A stretch of 64,000 nucleotides of DNA from a bacterium (GCA_963675755.2 CAXXMD010000003.1:2176001-2240000), one strand, 5' to 3'; positions 39,445-48,938 are shown, counted from the first letter of the stretch. Notes: a model not told the origin generated them from the sequence alone. A program made the numbers and translations.

Positions 39445-40752
39445 ATGAGCATTTTTAACAATAGAGAAATAGCTACATTTATATGGGGATTGTTATTTTT
39501 CTTTTATGCTTTAACGAAACCAGAAATACGCAATTCTGTATTTAAAGTTATAAGCGCATTTTTAAAATTAAAAATTTTATTGCCAGTTGTATTAATGTTA
39601 GTGTATGTATGTACATGCATTTATATTTTAAATATTCTATCTTTATGGGAAAATCATCAAATTAAAAATGCAATTTATTGGTTTATTTCTGTTGCGTTTG
39701 TATCATTATTTCAATTGAATAAAGTATCTGACAACCCATATTATTTGAAACAAATCGTAACAGATAATTTCAAGATAATTGTTCTTATTCAATTTGTAAT
39801 CACATTTTATACGTTTAACTTAATTGGTGAACTTTTTTTTGTGCCTTTAATTACATTTTTAGTGATTTCTCAGGTTATCACGCAATCTGACAAGGAATTG
39901 CAAATTGTTGAAAAATTGATTAATTGGTTATTAACAATTTTTAGTGTAATTATTATTGTTTATACAATAGAAAAATTGTTAAAAAGTTTTGGGGAATTTG
40001 CTAACAAGAAGACACTGTATGATATAGTTGTACCATCCTTGCTGTCAATTATGATCTTACCGTATTTGTTTTTATTTGCTTTGTATTCTGAATATGAACA
40101 AATATTTGTTCGTATTAGAATGAAAATAAAAGACATAAAGCTTGTTAAATATGCTAAATTCAAAATTCTAATATCTTTTGGCTTTAATATCAGAGCTCTT
40201 AAAAGATTATCATGGCCTTTTTTTACTGAGAATATAAATAAAAAAAATGATATTGATTTAGTGATTAAAGAATTAAAAAAGCGGCTTGAAATAGAAAAGA
40301 AACCACCGGAAATTGATCCTTCAGAAGGTTGGTGTCCATTCAAATCTAAGAATGTTTTATTGGATGAAGGCCTCAAAACTGGTTATTATTATTTGGCTTC
40401 AAACAATGAATGGTATGCTAATTCAAATATGTTGGATGTTTCTGAAGGAATTATCCCTAATAATATTTTTTATTCAGTATGTGGGAATGCGTTTGCAGCC
40501 AAAAAGCTTGAATTGATGTTAACTGTTTTTGATCTGGAAAATTTGAAAGGTAGTTTGATTCGATTTCTAAAAATTGCAAACAAATTATGTCAATTTGCAA
40601 TTGGGTGTGAGTTAAATGAAAAAATGATTGATGCTTTAAAATCAGAATATGATTATCAACAAATCATTAATGGAAAACAAATTGAAATTAAAGAAAGAAT
40701 GTTAACAGAAAATGCTTTTGAAATAAAGCTTGAAATACAATCTATTGGATAA
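39445..40752 (+). CDS. AT-rich hypothetical polytopic membrane protein with soluble C-terminal domain
   Basis: About 7 hydrophobic segments in the first ~220 aa (starts NNREIATFIW); GAGGGG RBS; visibly very AT-rich. Confidence 0.75.
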   Translation: MSIFNNREIATFIWGLLFFFYALTKPEIRNSVFKVISAFLKLKILLPVVLMLVYVCTCIYILNILSLWENHQIKNAIYWFISVAFVSLFQLNKVSDNPYYLKQIVTDNFKIIVLIQFVITFYTFNLIGELFFVPLITFLVISQVITQSDKELQIVEKLINWLLTIFSVIIIVYTIEKLLKSFGEFANKKTLYDIVVPSLLSIMILPYLFLFALYSEYEQIFVRIRMKIKDIKLVKYAKFKILISFGFNIRALKRLSWPFFTENINKKNDIDLVIKELKKRLEIEKKPPEIDPSEGWCPFKSKNVLLDEGLKTGYYYLASNNEWYANSNMLDVSEGIIPNNIFYSVCGNAFAAKKLELMLTVFDLENLKGSLIRFLKIANKLCQFAIGCELNEKMIDALKSEYDYQQIINGKQIEIKERMLTENAFEIKLEIQSIG

Positions 40753-40819
40753 TTATCGAACAATTTGAAATATAAAAAATTGGATTTTATATAAAAATTG
40801 ATAATCAAAGGAATTGATT

Positions 40820-41497
40820 ATGATAACAAGTCATTATTTAAAAATTATTTCTAAAAAGAATATTGATTATAAAGAAATTGATGAACTCGAACAATTTTTA
40901 AAAGAGAAAGATATAGAGTTATATTTTGTTGAACCTGAAAAATCTGATATTTTCGAAGAATGTAAGAAATTAATACTTGAAGATGGACCAAGTATGATTT
41001 TTTCATATGGTAATTTGACTGAAGAAGTATTAGCAAAAACAAACATCCAAGATAGCAAAAGTTATTCATTATTAATTTGGATGTTACGTGAAAAATTGAC
41101 TTATTTTACCCGTATTGATGAATTAATTATTATTGATAATTATTTTTTTAATTGGGAGCCGGCACATCATGATCATTGCATGCAACTATTTGAAGATGTT
41201 TTTTCTGATATTATTCCCAATTTGGATAGTTTTAAATTTATTACAAAGCCTAAATATAATAATTCAAATTTTAATGCAATTAAAAATTTTATACATAGTA
41301 TTAATTCTAAAATCTATGTTTCAGTTAAAACGAGTAAAGATTTTCATGATCGGTTTTGGATTGTTGATGAAAAAAAGGGTTTATTTATTGGTACTTCATT
41401 AAATGGAATTGGGAACAAGTATGCTCTTGTTGATTATCTTCAAGAAGATGATGTTAATTATATTGTTAATGTATTGAATGACGAAAGATTGATTTAA
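40820..41497 (+). CDS. AT-rich protein with PLD-like (HDR-type) putative nuclease domain
   Basis: IIIDNYF ... FHDRFWIVD ... IGTSLNGIG resembles the HxK/HDR...GxS signature of PLD-fold nucleases. ATG 40820 (ORF track TTG 40814). Confidence 0.65.
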   Translation: MITSHYLKIISKKNIDYKEIDELEQFLKEKDIELYFVEPEKSDIFEECKKLILEDGPSMIFSYGNLTEEVLAKTNIQDSKSYSLLIWMLREKLTYFTRIDELIIIDNYFFNWEPAHHDHCMQLFEDVFSDIIPNLDSFKFITKPKYNNSNFNAIKNFIHSINSKIYVSVKTSKDFHDRFWIVDEKKGLFIGTSLNGIGNKYALVDYLQEDDVNYIVNVLNDERLI

Positions 41498-41601
41498 TTA
41501 TAATTAATGCTAAATAATAAGATCTTTGATAAGTAAATCCTCTTCGCGTCCTTATTTCCTTCGGATTTAAATTTTTGTGGTCAAAACACCACAAACCTGA
41601 T

Positions 41602-41635
41602 CGTGACGGAGATAAGCAAAGCGCTCTCCGTCACG
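41602..41635 (+). repeat. REP-like hairpin A, solitary copy between convergent genes
   Basis: CGTGACGGAGA-taagcaaagcgc-TCTCCGTCACG. Confidence 0.9.
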
Positions 41636-41644
41636 TAAGATCGA

Positions 41645-43450
41645 TCAAAGAACCGTTAATACGGCTGCTTGGCTTTTCATACTGCCGGAACGGTTTTTAA
41701 CCTCTACCGTATATTCAGCCGCGTCTTTGGATTTTGTTTTGCTAATTTTGTATACCGCTTTGGTTGCGCCCTTGATGGCTTTGCCGTTTCTGTACCATTG
41801 ATACTCTGCCCTGGGGACCGCCGCGACTTTTACTTCAAGCGTTGCTGATTGTCCCTTTTTTACTGAAATCGATTGGGGTTGTGACAAGATGATCGGGGCC
41901 AGTTGGGGCGTCCAGCCGCCCAGAACGTATGCAGGATTGGTATAATTTGTCAAGTGTTCCGCGTCTTTTTCCTTGTCCAATTGTCTTGAATCAGGATGAC
42001 GCTGGCTGACATCTACCGGTTTTCCATCACTCAGATTGGTGCTGTTGTATTCCCAGTAACGCACATTAGAGGGATCTCCGCCAATTTGTCCCCACCCGGC
42101 GGGAGTGATACCGTTCAGCGCGCAATTGATCAGCACGGCTTCGATATAGGGATAGGTAAATCCGCCATTCTCGGGAGCGCGGGCAAGCGTGGTTTCGCGT
42201 TCGCCCTGGGTGTCAAAGGTACAATTTACAAACACATTGCCGTGGTTGGCGTCTGTGTTGCGTATCCACATATATGGACCGTATGAAGTAATGATACAGT
42301 TTTGAAAAAAAGCGGCGCCGCGTCCCAGTATGGTATCTCCGTGGCCGTCAATACGAGAATCCACATAATAAGCCGTGCCGTTGGTTTGCAGGGCATCTCC
42401 CGAACCGCCAATGGTAACATTACTGACAAGGATTTTTTCACCGCTCACTAACAGTCCCTCTGCCTGCCCAAAACAGGTAGTTTTTATGGTGAGATTGACG
42501 AGATTGATGTTGCTTGAATTGTCCACCATAAACGCCGCACGCCGGGAAGGAAACGTGCCCGGCCATTCGTTGGTTTTCAGGTTCAGGGGATGAGGATTAA
42601 ACACCTCGCTGTTTGCGTAATGCACCACCACACCGTCCCTGCTTTCTCCCAAAATGGTTACGTTGGTTTTGTTGCGAAAATAGACAATTTCTTCATAATC
42701 CCCGTTTTTGATAAACACTGTAACCGGTTTGGTATAAAAATCGGGTATGAAATCCATGGCACCCTGAACGGTATTAAAATCTCCACTGCCATCCGAATTT
42801 ACGACAAGCCAGTCCGCATCCGCATCGGGCGGGGCGGATTTGGTGGTAAACACCCAGTCCGTTTTACCGGAAAATCCCTTAAACCCCCGGTCTTTAGTGT
42901 TAATTACCCCGGAATCGATCTGAACATAATAGGTCTTGTTGTATTGCAGCAGGTTGTTGTGCAGGTAGAGAGTTGCCGTGGTGCTGTCATGAACGATTAT
43001 AGGATAAAAGTGAAAGCCATCGGTAAATCCGCCGATAATGGTCAACTGGTAATTAAAGGGAGTAGGACGCGCCAGGCCGGAAGGAGTACCCGGCAGTGTA
43101 TTGGCGTTGGTGAAATTACCGGATTCGTACTTGTATGGGACCGGATTATAAATAGCACCGGGACACGGAGTGGGTTTTGTCGGTCCGGCAGGTATGTTCA
43201 TGTAAAGAATATCCACCAGGCTGTCATTGTCCGCGCAATAGACACGGATTTCTCCCGAATCCCCGATGGTTGGCGCTGACGGAAAGGTGAGCTCCAGATG
43301 AGTATCCGGATTTACATTGACTGCGTTATTTGCGGGAAACCGGGTAATTGCATCAGAGATATGAGAAGAGGATTGAGAAAAGAGCAGTGAAACACCTGCC
43401 AGCATCAAGCATGTGACATAAAACAGAATTGCTTTTTTCATGTTTTTCAT
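41645..43450 (-). CDS. Pectinesterase family (CE8-like) protein with N-terminal Ig-like and C-terminal immunoglobulin domains
   Basis: DGSGDFNTVQGAMD, IKNGDYEEIV, GQAEGL, DTILGRG; C-terminal PQSISVKKGQSATL..YQWYRNG; signal peptide. Confidence 0.85.
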   Translation of the reverse strand: MKNMKKAILFYVTCLMLAGVSLLFSQSSSHISDAITRFPANNAVNVNPDTHLELTFPSAPTIGDSGEIRVYCADNDSLVDILYMNIPAGPTKPTPCPGAIYNPVPYKYESGNFTNANTLPGTPSGLARPTPFNYQLTIIGGFTDGFHFYPIIVHDSTTATLYLHNNLLQYNKTYYVQIDSGVINTKDRGFKGFSGKTDWVFTTKSAPPDADADWLVVNSDGSGDFNTVQGAMDFIPDFYTKPVTVFIKNGDYEEIVYFRNKTNVTILGESRDGVVVHYANSEVFNPHPLNLKTNEWPGTFPSRRAAFMVDNSSNINLVNLTIKTTCFGQAEGLLVSGEKILVSNVTIGGSGDALQTNGTAYYVDSRIDGHGDTILGRGAAFFQNCIITSYGPYMWIRNTDANHGNVFVNCTFDTQGERETTLARAPENGGFTYPYIEAVLINCALNGITPAGWGQIGGDPSNVRYWEYNSTNLSDGKPVDVSQRHPDSRQLDKEKDAEHLTNYTNPAYVLGGWTPQLAPIILSQPQSISVKKGQSATLEVKVAAVPRAEYQWYRNGKAIKGATKAVYKISKTKSKDAAEYTVEVKNRSGSMKSQAAVLTVL

Positions 43451-43469
43451 ATTAACCCCTTTGATTTAT

Positions 43470-44660
43470 TTACTCTTTTGATAGTTTAAGCATTACAACA
43501 CCATGCGGTGCAGCCATGGCTGAAAAAGAATCGGTAATTGTCCCTTTATCGGCATGTTCCCATAAATCCCGAACTTTGAACGTGCCGGTCTCATTGATAT
43601 CAGCCAGTTGAAAAGTAACTTTATCCGCGGTATCTTTTTTATTAAACAGGATAACCGTTTTAGATCCGTCATGCAGCGCTTTGACCCACAGTTCGTGGTC
43701 GTTTTCTGATTTGATCCTTTTTCCCTGAATACCAGCCTTGTCCTGATTAATGGCAATGACTTCTTTATTTAGAATGATTGATTCAATTTCAGGCGTTAAA
43801 TATCGGATATCCGCACTCTGGATCAAAGGCGCCGCGACCAGACTCCAGAAACTGAATTGGGCTTTTTGTTCTTCAAATGTCTGTTGATTGTTGCGGGGAT
43901 ACCCTACAATCAAATTGTCGGGATCGTTCCAATGGCCTTTACCCGCATATGCTTCTTTGCCAACAACCTGATTCAGGTTTTCATACCAGTTTTCCCAGGT
44001 CACAATGGGATTTTTATCTATCCATTTAACAATATCTCCACCGGTCCGCCACATATTGGCAATTTCGCCGCCCCACAGATAGGTGGTATCGCTGTAAAAT
44101 ATACAAATTTCAAAGAGAAAGGGGCGACCGGTTGCATTTAAAAAGTTTCTCATTTTAGCGTAAATTTCTTTATCATTAATCCCTTCACGGTTTCCACAGG
44201 CATCATATTTCAGGTAATCCACTCCCCATTCCGCATAGGTGTTTGCGTCTATTTCTTCGTGATCATAGCTTCCGGGATAACCGGCACAGGTTTGGCTGCC
44301 GGAGGATGAGTAAATACCTAGTTTTAGTCCCCGTTCATGTAAATAGTCCGCAAGGGCCTTCATGCCGCTTGGAAATCGTGTCTTGTCGGCAAATTGACGT
44401 CCTTTTTCATCTCTTGTCATTGCCATCCAGCCATCATCCAACTGGACAATATTATAACCCGCTTCCACCAGACCTTTACTGACCATTGAATCTGCAACTT
44501 GCATTATGAGGTCTTCATTGATCTGGTCGATAAACGTATACCAACTCATCCAGCCCATAGGTGGTGTTTCTGCAATGATTTCGGGTTGTTCTTTTATAGT
44601 TGTGCAAGACAGACTGAGCAGAATTATACCTGATATTACAAGATACCGGAAGGACTTCAT
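43470..44660 (-). CDS. Glycoside hydrolase family 27 (alpha-galactosidase-like) lipoprotein
   Basis: TPPMGWMSW, LDDGW, FPSGMKALADYLH, WGVDYLKYDAC, WNDPDNL; lipobox LSLSC. Confidence 0.93.
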   Translation of the reverse strand: MKSFRYLVISGIILLSLSCTTIKEQPEIIAETPPMGWMSWYTFIDQINEDLIMQVADSMVSKGLVEAGYNIVQLDDGWMAMTRDEKGRQFADKTRFPSGMKALADYLHERGLKLGIYSSSGSQTCAGYPGSYDHEEIDANTYAEWGVDYLKYDACGNREGINDKEIYAKMRNFLNATGRPFLFEICIFYSDTTYLWGGEIANMWRTGGDIVKWIDKNPIVTWENWYENLNQVVGKEAYAGKGHWNDPDNLIVGYPRNNQQTFEEQKAQFSFWSLVAAPLIQSADIRYLTPEIESIILNKEVIAINQDKAGIQGKRIKSENDHELWVKALHDGSKTVILFNKKDTADKVTFQLADINETGTFKVRDLWEHADKGTITDSFSAMAAPHGVVMLKLSKE

Positions 44661-44789
44661 TATTTATCCTTTTTTATTTACTGTCAAAAAGTAATTTGGG
44701 GATTAAAGCTTTGGTTATTATACAACTTAAGCGTGAAATAGTCAATTGTTAAAATGGTTTATTTGTTACAAATGAAATATCATTTTTTT

Positions 44790-45552
44790 GATCGCGACGG
44801 AGTTAAGTGAAACGTTCTCCGTCACGGAAAAATATACCGTCATGCAGCATCCAAAAGTAGCCCACGAATTACATCCACCGGCAGGCGGACAAGCTCCAAG
44901 CACGAAAAACTATTTTTCTGGTTCCAGTGGCTCTGCCCTGGAACCCAAAGAGAAATTAACCACAGAGGCACAGAGATCACGGAGAAAAACATGAGGGGAA
45001 TATTTAATAATAGTAATAATAGTTAACCACAGATAAAGATATGTAAAATCTACCCCTCCTGATCGTGACGGAGATAAGTGAAACGTTCTCCGTCACGTGA
45101 AAAGATATCCCGTCATACCACATCCTAAAGCCGCCCACGAAACATAATTTTCCCTGGTTCCAGTGGTTCTACCCTGGAATCCAAAGAGAAATTAACCAAT
45201 GTGGCAGAGTGCATGGAGAAAAACATAAAGGGGTATATGTAAAAGCCCTAATAATAGTTACCCACAGATGTATCCGCCAGAGGGCGGAAAAGCGCAGATT
45301 AAACCTGTACCCCTTGATCGCGACGGAGATAAGTAAAGCGCTCTCCGTCGCGGAAAGAACTATAGCTATTTCTTTCTGGTTCCAATGGCTCTGCCCTGGA
45401 ACCCAAAGAGAAATTAACCACAGTGGCACAGAGATCACGGAGAAAAATATGAGGGCTATATGTAAAAATGGTAATAAGAGTTGCCTATTAATAAAGACAT
45501 ATACCCCCCCCCCTGATCGTGACGGAGTTAAGTGAAACGTTCTCCGTCACGT
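44790..45552 (+). repeat. Composite repeat array 2: three A-B-C units plus a terminal A
   Basis: Hairpin A at 44793, 45064, 45319, 45518; hairpin B at 44920, 45156, 45378; C modules near 44861, 44958, 45025, 45194, 45261, 45416. Confidence 0.92.
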
Positions 45553-45698
45553 GAAAGCCGGTCTAAATGTGTATTTCAGTAATATTAATTTCTTGATTCT
45601 TTTACCGGATTGTATTATTTTTTCAAAAGGGGATTATGGGGAGACCATTAACATTCCCAATATTTTATTAGTTTTAAAATTTAACAGGCAGCCAGAAA

Positions 45699-46166
45699 AT
45701 GAAAAAATTAATGCTATTCTTGCCGGTTTGTTTCGTAATGATTTGCAACTTTTCCTGTTCAAAAGATGAAAATCCGTTGGAGCAGGAAAAAGAATACCCA
45801 TATTTAGAAATTGTGTCAATGGACGAAAATTTTATATCGTCTTGCGAGGTATCATTTATTGGGGAAGATTCGGTTAATATCGTTATAGCACGCAACAGCG
45901 ATGTTGAATTTTTACATGTGGAAGCGCAAATTCTGGATACCTCAGAGGAACAAGGGTTTTTCTGGTTTTCAAATATTATTCTACCCACAATATATTTCGA
46001 ATTTGAAAATGATGAAATTGAATTTGGATACAAACATGATTACTATGCCAGCGAGGTGAAATTTATTTTTACGAAATGGGGAGATGGTTATGATATCACC
46101 AACGTTTTAGAGGTCATAACAATATTTAAAAAGCCATATTGGTTTAATCCACCATTTTATTTTTAA
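45699..46166 (+). CDS. Hypothetical lipoprotein
   Basis: MKKLMLFLPVCFVMICNFSC-SKDENP lipoprotein-type N-terminus. Confidence 0.65.
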   Translation: MKKLMLFLPVCFVMICNFSCSKDENPLEQEKEYPYLEIVSMDENFISSCEVSFIGEDSVNIVIARNSDVEFLHVEAQILDTSEEQGFFWFSNIILPTIYFEFENDEIEFGYKHDYYASEVKFIFTKWGDGYDITNVLEVITIFKKPYWFNPPFYF

Positions 46167-46224
46167 AGGCATTAGCCAAATAACCATATATGTGAACTCT
46201 TTCGATAGACAAAAAGGGGGATTT

Positions 46225-47508
46225 ATGCAACGCGAGTATACCATTAATTTTAGCATGTTGTCAATATTAATTCTGATCAGTTTTTCATTAGTTATTACGT
46301 CACCCGTTTTGGCGGTATCTGAAGCAGCGGTTTTGTTTCTTAAAACATCGCCCTCTGTTCAGGCAAATGCAATGGGAGAGACATACGGCAACATAACGTC
46401 CACATCTCCCATGGCGGTCATTGTGAATCCGGCAAGTTTGGGAATGTTTGCACAAAAGAATTTTATGGGATATAGTTATTATCCTGAAAAAGCAGAATGG
46501 CACCCTGCCTATGGTTTTGGTCCAACTTTTGATGCCAGTTGTACAATAATCGGTATGAATCTGAATAGCTATTGGGACCTGCCAATCTCTATCGGTCTGG
46601 CAAGGTATGAGATTTGTTATGATATGGGCATCCAGACTATTGTTACTGAAGAAAGTCCCGAGCCTATAGGAACACTTGAAAGCTGGGAAAAAGGAACCGG
46701 CACTGCTGTTTCTGTTGCTATAGATTATCACGTCCGATTAAGTTTGGGATTTGCCCGTAAATCCATTGAATCCAAGTTGAGTTTTGACGTTGTTGATATA
46801 GACGCATATGATTTTGGATTGGTGCTGGAATATCCGCTAATGGAGTTGTTTGAGAATTCGAAAATGGTCCAAAAAATAATATCCAGTCAGATATCTCCCT
46901 ATGTGGATCCGGGATTTTTTTACAGTAAAACCAATATAGGAGATAAAATTCAATATTTCGAGTTTGATCCTCCTGATCCGCTGCCAAGGACAGTGTCCGT
47001 GGGTATCAATCTAAAGACCGGTTTTAGATATGAGGGTGAAAATGGCAGTTTCCCGTTGCTGGGGTTTAACTGGGCCAGAGAAGCAGAAGATTTGCTCATT
47101 GATGTTAATGCAGATAACAATTATTCCCGAGAGTATACATCCGGATTGCATGATATTGATTTTATAAAGAATGTTCTTCTCTGTAAAGGCAATGGCAAGA
47201 TTCTTACCAAACGAGGTTACGAACTGGATTTTCTGGGTTGTTATTTCAAGCGGTCCGGGTATTATGAAGATATTGAAGGCCGCGTTGTTTTCGAAACTGG
47301 CGGTTGGGGAGTGAATTATACCCAACCCTTGAAAATATTAGCTACTGTGCTTGATCTGGATAACAAGTTTTTGCGATTGCTCTCTGGTATCAGTTTCGAA
47401 AAACATGTTGCGGAATATATGCCCCATTATGGGCATCCTTTGTATGATACGGATTTTGAAAGCTATGTGATACGCTTGCAGAATTTTCAATTAGATGATA
47501 TTTTTTGA
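46225..47508 (+). CDS. PorV/PorQ-like outer-membrane protein
   Basis: Signal peptide, then AAVLFLKTSPSVQANAMGE..NPASLG; AYDFGLV; NIGDKI..DPLPRTVSVG. GGGGG RBS before ATG 46225. Confidence 0.7.
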   Translation: MQREYTINFSMLSILILISFSLVITSPVLAVSEAAVLFLKTSPSVQANAMGETYGNITSTSPMAVIVNPASLGMFAQKNFMGYSYYPEKAEWHPAYGFGPTFDASCTIIGMNLNSYWDLPISIGLARYEICYDMGIQTIVTEESPEPIGTLESWEKGTGTAVSVAIDYHVRLSLGFARKSIESKLSFDVVDIDAYDFGLVLEYPLMELFENSKMVQKIISSQISPYVDPGFFYSKTNIGDKIQYFEFDPPDPLPRTVSVGINLKTGFRYEGENGSFPLLGFNWAREAEDLLIDVNADNNYSREYTSGLHDIDFIKNVLLCKGNGKILTKRGYELDFLGCYFKRSGYYEDIEGRVVFETGGWGVNYTQPLKILATVLDLDNKFLRLLSGISFEKHVAEYMPHYGHPLYDTDFESYVIRLQNFQLDDIF

Positions 47509-47537
47509 AAATTGTATAATAAAATTTATGGTGAAGA

Positions 47538-48716
47538 ATGAAACAATACACAACTCCTTTACTCCTCCAAGATGATAATGCGATACTGTTAGAAAAAGTT
47601 TCATTAAATGCAGGACTTTATAACGAGAACTGGATTCAACAAGTATGCTTTGAAAATCCATCTTTATTGCCAATAGAAGAAATTGAGCCTACATTTGGGG
47701 GAATGATCCCCATTTGTCGGGAATTATCGACACCATCAGGATTTGTAGATCTCTTGTATCTGAATGAATATGGATTTCTGACAATCGGTGAATGCAAATT
47801 ATGGCGGAATCCCGAAGCCAGGAGAAAAGTAATAGGGCAAATTCTGGATTATGCCAAGGATATAGCCAAATGGAATTATTCAAATCTTGAACAGGCATGT
47901 TTAAAGACAAGAAGAGACAATGGAAAAAGTTTGTTTGAGATCATTCAAGCCTATTACCCGGATATTGAAGAGGCCGAATTTATTGACCGGGTACAGAGCA
48001 ATCTTGCAAAGGGACGTTTTCTTTTGACTATTATTGGTGATGGTATAAGAGAGAATATGGAGGACCTTGCAAATTATATTCATAGCAATGGAAATATGAA
48101 TTTTACCCTGAGTTTAATTGAATTACCCGTATATAAAAATCCGGAAAATGACACTTTACTAATTACACCAAGAATCATTGCAAAAACTAAAGAGATTGAA
48201 CGAATAATTTACAAGCAGGTTGACGAGAACGTTCATGATATAGAACATGAGATTAAGGAAAAAAGTCAGACAATATCAGAACAGGTGTTTTTTGAGAGAT
48301 TGGAAGACTCGATTGGAAAGGAAAAAGCAAAAGAGTTGTTAAATTTTCTTGAAACGCTTAAAGTAGAGTTGAATATACAACGTGTGTTAGGCCGCGGAAA
48401 AAGACTGTCACTAAATTTAAAATCTTTTAATGATACATATAATTTTGCATCAATACAGCAAGATGGTGATGTGTGGTTTTATGGTATTGTGACCAAAACA
48501 AATCAGATTGGGAATCGAAAAATTGGTGTGAATTACTTGGAAAGCCTGGCTAATATTGTCAATGGAGAATTGATTGATACATATAAAGATTGGCATTGGT
48601 GCGTGAAAAGAAATGACCAATTTATCAATATTATTGAATACCTGAGTGTTAAAGATGAATGGAAAGAATTGCTTTCAAGAACATTGAATGAGATAGATGA
48701 GCTTGAAAATAATTAA
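47538..48716 (+). CDS. PD-(D/E)XK nuclease, NucS/EndoMS-like N-terminal domain
   Basis: ENWIQ..ENPSLL, RELSTPSGFVDLL, IGECKLWRNPEARRKVIGQILDYA (D..ExK..QxxxY). Confidence 0.75.
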   Translation: MKQYTTPLLLQDDNAILLEKVSLNAGLYNENWIQQVCFENPSLLPIEEIEPTFGGMIPICRELSTPSGFVDLLYLNEYGFLTIGECKLWRNPEARRKVIGQILDYAKDIAKWNYSNLEQACLKTRRDNGKSLFEIIQAYYPDIEEAEFIDRVQSNLAKGRFLLTIIGDGIRENMEDLANYIHSNGNMNFTLSLIELPVYKNPENDTLLITPRIIAKTKEIERIIYKQVDENVHDIEHEIKEKSQTISEQVFFERLEDSIGKEKAKELLNFLETLKVELNIQRVLGRGKRLSLNLKSFNDTYNFASIQQDGDVWFYGIVTKTNQIGNRKIGVNYLESLANIVNGELIDTYKDWHWCVKRNDQFINIIEYLSVKDEWKELLSRTLNEIDELENN

Positions 48717-48938
48717 GTACACATCTGTTTTTTTTTACCAGATGTGCAAGTCTCCCAATAATTGCTCTCTTTGTCCCGTTTTTTTTATATTAATTGAAAA
48801 TTACTATAAACCCGTATTTTGATGTAAACAGAGTAACGTATTGATTCGTCATATAACATATCAAAAGAGAAGGGCAGGAGGAGGCTCTTTTGATAATCAA
48901 CTCTACAATTTTACAACCATCATGTCAAGGGGATTGCT

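Noticed and set aside
42590-43279. 229-aa + strand ORF and other long antisense ORFs (e.g. 24109-24636, 34626-35087, 35340-35810, 59206-59718)
   Set aside because: These are shadow frames of well-supported genes on the opposite strand, with no motifs or RBS.
44788-45535. Short ORFs 44788-44994, 45169-45438 and 45209-45535
   Set aside because: They lie wholly within repeat array 2, have weak starts, and are repeat-derived peptides.
38774-45552. Repeat arrays as CRISPR arrays
   Set aside because: Spacing is 144-271 bp and irregular, the intervening sequences are homologous to each other rather than unique spacers, and there are no cas genes in the window.
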